Notes under the pieces: generated by a model
Databases searched by the model: none
The model's input: the letters and a program-made list of their open reading frames with translations, nothing else
What the model was told of the DNA's origin: nothing
Part shown: one piece after another, positions 28,961-32,000 of the stretch
How positions within the stretch are numbered: the stretch's first letter is position 1
How the letters are laid out: the number at the start of each line of letters is the position of its first letter
Assembly (NCBI RefSeq): GCF_000186885.1
Contig: NC_014972.1
Location: 3,450,001 to 3,482,000 of the forward strand
Length of the DNA: 32,000 nucleotides
Direction of reading: 5' to 3'
From: Desulfobulbus propionicus DSM 2032
GTDB taxonomy: Bacteria; Desulfobacterota; Desulfobulbia; Desulfobulbales; Desulfobulbaceae
Translations under genes and position numbers: made by a program

Positions 28961-29012
28961 GCCAGTGAGCAGAGAGCCGTACCTGCAGCCTAACGGACTC
29001 CAGCCTCTCCCC

Positions 29013-30029
29013 CTATCCACCTAACCAACCTTGCAACGGATCGCCCATCTCCGCCACGGCCGTGGTGACATCGGTCCACTTCATCTTGGCGACCAGCAGG
29101 ATGGCACCTGGACCGGCGCCGAGCAGGGCCGCCGGCTCGGCCACGCCCTTGGCGCCAATGGCCCGCTGCACCGTCGCCGAGGTGCTGACGCCCTCCACCT
29201 GGTTGAGGGCATCCTTGCTGAAAAAATCAATGTCCAGGCTCTGTTGCCGGGCATAGTCCAGCAACCCGGTCTCGTCCTCTTTGAGGTCGATCGAGGCCAG
29301 GCGGGCGATGGCCTGGGAAGCGAGACCATGCTGCGCACAGGTCGCCGCCACTGCCTGGGCGATGGTGGCGGCCGATGTACCCCGGTTGCAACCGATGCCG
29401 ACGACCAGCGACTTGGGGCAGAGCAGAACGGCGCGAGAGGCGCCCATCGTTCGGCTATCGATACGCAAATCGGCCGCATCGCGCTCGGTCACCGGCACGA
29501 GATCGGCCGGCAGTTCCGGCAGCGGGTAGCGGCTCCACAGGCTGAGGGAGCCCTGATCGACCAGACGGCCCATGGCCCGGGTGAAGGCCTTCTTGTCTGC
29601 TGCCGTCAGGCCGTGCTCGCGGCACCAGAGGTCGAGCGCGGTGCGGCCGAGCACATCCGAGGCGGTGGTGAGCACCGCCGTGCCGCCGGTTGCGGTGGCC
29701 ACCCGGCGAGCGAGGTCGTTGGCGCCGCCGAGGTGGCCGGAGAGGAGCGAGATGGCAAAGCGGCCCCGTTCATCGCCGACGACGATGGCCGGATCATGAT
29801 ATTTGTCGCCCAGCAACGGAGCAATGGTGCGGACCACGATGCCGGTGGCCATGATGCAGACGATGCCGCGATAGTGCGGCCACACCTGGGCCATCACCGC
29901 GGCCAGCCGTCCCTTGCAGGCAAAGAAGTCAGCGTGGAGCTGCCCGGCCAGTTGCCGCCCCAGCGCACAGCCGCCGCGGCTCAGCGCGAGCACGGCCAGC
30001 GGCGGTTTTTCCCCGGCCCCTCCCGTCAT
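29013..30029 (-). CDS. cbiG: Cobalt-precorrin 5A hydrolase
   Basis: MATGIVVRTIAPLLGDKYHDPAIVVGDERGRFAISLLSGHLGGANDLARRVA plus C-terminal VVGIGCNRGTS...SIDLKEDETGLL. Start overlaps the cobM stop (TGATG). Confidence 0.93.
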   Translation of the reverse strand: MTGGAGEKPPLAVLALSRGGCALGRQLAGQLHADFFACKGRLAAVMAQVWPHYRGIVCIMATGIVVRTIAPLLGDKYHDPAIVVGDERGRFAISLLSGHLGGANDLARRVATATGGTAVLTTASDVLGRTALDLWCREHGLTAADKKAFTRAMGRLVDQGSLSLWSRYPLPELPADLVPVTERDAADLRIDSRTMGASRAVLLCPKSLVVGIGCNRGTSAATIAQAVAATCAQHGLASQAIARLASIDLKEDETGLLDYARQQSLDIDFFSKDALNQVEGVSTSATVQRAIGAKGVAEPAALLGAGPGAILLVAKMKWTDVTTAVAEMGDPLQGWLGG

Positions 30030-30808
30030 CAACGGTACTCGTGGGAAAAGGAGGCGTCGTAGAGTTTGGAGGCGATGTGGCTGTCCTCGCCCAGGGCCGG
30101 GCCGACCACGATCATGGCCGTCTTCTTGATCCGCGAGGCCTGGATGTGGGCCGCGATGTCGTCGAGGCGGCCACGGACAATCTGCTGATCCGGCCAACTG
30201 GCCCGCTCGACCACGGCGATCGGGGTCTCGGGCGCATAGCCGCCGCTGATCAGGTCATCGACCACGGTGGCGATCAGCGACACGCTGAGAAAGATGCACA
30301 TGGTCGCCTGGGCGCGGGCCAGGTTGCGCAGCGATTCGCGCTCCGGCACCGGCGTGCGGCCTGCCTGGCGGGTGAAGATCACCGTCTGGGTGACCTCGGG
30401 CACGGTCAGCTCGACCTTGAGGGCAGCGGCGCTGGCAAAGGCCGAACTCACCCCGGGCACCACCTCGTAGGGAATCCCCTGGGCATCGAGCCACTGCATC
30501 TGTTCACGGATGGCGCCGTAGATGGCCGGGTCGCCGGTGTGCAGCCGCACCACGCGCAACCCTTGGCGATAGCCATCGGCCAGCAACTGCATGATCGTGT
30601 CCAGATCGAGGCTGGCGCTGTCGTGGCAGCGGGCCGCAATGCCGTCGAGCAGGGCGGGGTTGACCAGACTGCCGGCATAGACGACCACATCGGCCTGATC
30701 CAGCAGGCGGCGGCCCTTGAGGGTGATCAGTTCCGGGTCCCCAGGGCCGGCGCCGAGAAAGACTACCGGATGGAGAACCGCATCAAGCGGTGAGGGCGTT
30801 GCGTTCAT
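30029..30808 (-). CDS. cobM: Precorrin-4 / cobalt-precorrin-4 C11-methyltransferase
   Basis: HPVVFLGAGPGDPELITLKGRRLLDQADVVVYAGSLVNPALL, VRLHTGDPAIYGAIREQM and VPGVSSAFASAAALKVELTVPEVTQTVIFTRQAGRTPVPE. Confidence 0.95.
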   Translation of the reverse strand: MNATPSPLDAVLHPVVFLGAGPGDPELITLKGRRLLDQADVVVYAGSLVNPALLDGIAARCHDSASLDLDTIMQLLADGYRQGLRVVRLHTGDPAIYGAIREQMQWLDAQGIPYEVVPGVSSAFASAAALKVELTVPEVTQTVIFTRQAGRTPVPERESLRNLARAQATMCIFLSVSLIATVVDDLISGGYAPETPIAVVERASWPDQQIVRGRLDDIAAHIQASRIKKTAMIVVGPALGEDSHIASKLYDASFSHEYR

Positions 30809-31571
30809 TGGACACCTGTACCTTTTTTTTACGGATCACCATGGTGGAGAAATAGTGCAGTGTGCACCCCCGGGCCTGGCGGATATCGGTGTAGACCCGT
30901 TCCTCGGGCATGCCTGAACGCTCGATCAGCACCGCGCAGTCCACCAACCCCAACTCCTCCAGCAGGTCGATCAGGACATCGAGCCGTTTGTGCACCTTCA
31001 TCAGTACCACCGCATCGAGGGTGGTGAGGATGGAACGCAAGCGGTCGTCTTCAAAGGCGGCCGGGACCACGGCCAAGACATCGTCGCCCAGGGCCAGCGG
31101 ACTGGCCTGGGAGGCGGCGCAGGCGGCCATGGCGGTGATGCCCGGCACCACGGTCACCGGTATCTGCGGCCGCTGTTCTTGGATCATGGCCAGCAGATAG
31201 AAGGCGGTGGAGTAAAGGGTGGCATCGCCCAGGGTGGGAAAGGCCACGTCCGAACCCCGGTCGAGATGGCGGATGACCTCGTCGGCCGACTGCCGCCAGG
31301 CTGAGAGCAGTTGTGCGTCGGTGTCCTGGCCGAGAAAAACCTTTTTCATCGGAAAGCAGAGCGACAGGATGGTGCGGCCGGTATCGGGCACCATCTGTTC
31401 GGCGATCTGCTGGGCGCTGCTCAGCCCCTTTTCCCGGGCCGTGGGCACGGCCCAGACCTTGGCGTCGCTCAGGATGCGCACCGCCTTGTAGGTCATGAGT
31501 TCCGGGTCGCCGGGACCCACTCCGACCAGATAAAGATGGCCGGTTTGCGCGGAGGAGTTGTCGCTCTTCAT
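30783..31571 (-). CDS. cobI: Precorrin-2 / cobalt-factor II C20-methyltransferase
   Basis: TGHLYLVGVGPGDPELMTYKAVRILSDAKVWAVPTAREKGLSSA, VAFPTLGDATLYSTAFYLL, VVPGITAMAACAASQASPLALGDDVLAVVPA and VLMKVHKRLDVLIDLL. Confidence 0.93.
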   Translation of the reverse strand: MKSDNSSAQTGHLYLVGVGPGDPELMTYKAVRILSDAKVWAVPTAREKGLSSAQQIAEQMVPDTGRTILSLCFPMKKVFLGQDTDAQLLSAWRQSADEVIRHLDRGSDVAFPTLGDATLYSTAFYLLAMIQEQRPQIPVTVVPGITAMAACAASQASPLALGDDVLAVVPAAFEDDRLRSILTTLDAVVLMKVHKRLDVLIDLLEELGLVDCAVLIERSGMPEERVYTDIRQARGCTLHYFSTMVIRKKKVQVSNERNALTA

Positions 31572-31999
31572 TTGTCGCCTGTGATGAGGGTTATGGGGTT
31601 GAAGACTCGTGGTTCGCTGTCCGGGGACAGACGCCGGTTCACGGCCAGGGTACTGCTCGCCACCCGCAGGCCCAGCCGCTGCAGGGCGGCCAGGGCCGTG
31701 GTTTCGGTCTGCTCCAGCACGGCGTTGACCACGATGCGGCCGCCTGCGGCCAGTCGGGCCACCGCCGCTTCGAGGATCGGTTCCAGTCGCTGGCCGCTGC
31801 CGCCGATGAAGATCCGATCCGGTGCGGGCAGGTTGGCCAAGGCATCGGGCGCCTCGCCGCTGACCAAGTGGATGGCATAGGCGCCGTAGCGCCGGATGTT
31901 GGCGCGGATGTTGGCCTGCTCCTCGGGTTTTTTCTCGATGGTGTGGATCGAGAGGTCAGGGCACATCCGGGCCGCTTCCAGTGATACCGAGCCGGAACC
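31568..31999 (-). CDS. cbiT: CbiT-type cobalt-precorrin C15-methyltransferase/decarboxylase domain, 5' end outside window (may be part of a CbiE-CbiT fusion)
   Basis: Frame open to window edge: GSGSVSLEAARMCPDLSIHTIEKKPEEQANIRANIRRYGA...PDRIFIGGSGQRLEPILEAAVARLAAGGRIVVNAVLEQTETTALAAL. Stop overlaps cobI start. Confidence 0.9.
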   Translation of the reverse strand, partial: GSGSVSLEAARMCPDLSIHTIEKKPEEQANIRANIRRYGAYAIHLVSGEAPDALANLPAPDRIFIGGSGQRLEPILEAAVARLAAGGRIVVNAVLEQTETTALAALQRLGLRVASSTLAVNRRLSPDSEPRVFNPITLITGDK

Positions 32000-32000
32000 G

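Overview
This 32 kb window looks like ordinary chromosomal DNA from a GC-rich, probably deltaproteobacterial (Desulfobulbales-like, inferred) genome. I see no CRISPR array, transposase, integrase, phage module or recognisable defence island. From left to right the supported genes are: the 3' part of lpdA, pyrC, a SUI1/YciH-family gene, nhaB, and a zinc-ribbon/acidic-tail protein. These are followed by tRNA-Phe(GAA) with a strong terminator, a CHASE-PAS hybrid histidine kinase, an EamA transporter, and a PAS hybrid histidine kinase with an AT-rich 5' half. Next come rsmI, a small helical protein, a U32/RlhA-type protein, a Nudix hydrolase, fabB and ydfG (minus strand), and ferritin. After these are a HEAT-like protein, a nitrilase::heptose-1-P adenylyltransferase fusion, an HMA protein, a STAS-like protein, an RND adaptor plus permease, gdx/sugE, and a cupin. 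The window ends in a corrinoid methyltransferase operon (cobJ, cbiG, cobM, cobI, cbiT; minus strand). The most notable items are the nitrilase-HldE2 fusion in a tight ferritin/HEAT/fusion/HMA gene string, a structured element with an intrinsic terminator inside the cobalamin operon between cbiG and cobJ, and the mosaic composition of the second hybrid kinase. I found no convincing wholly new multi-gene system.
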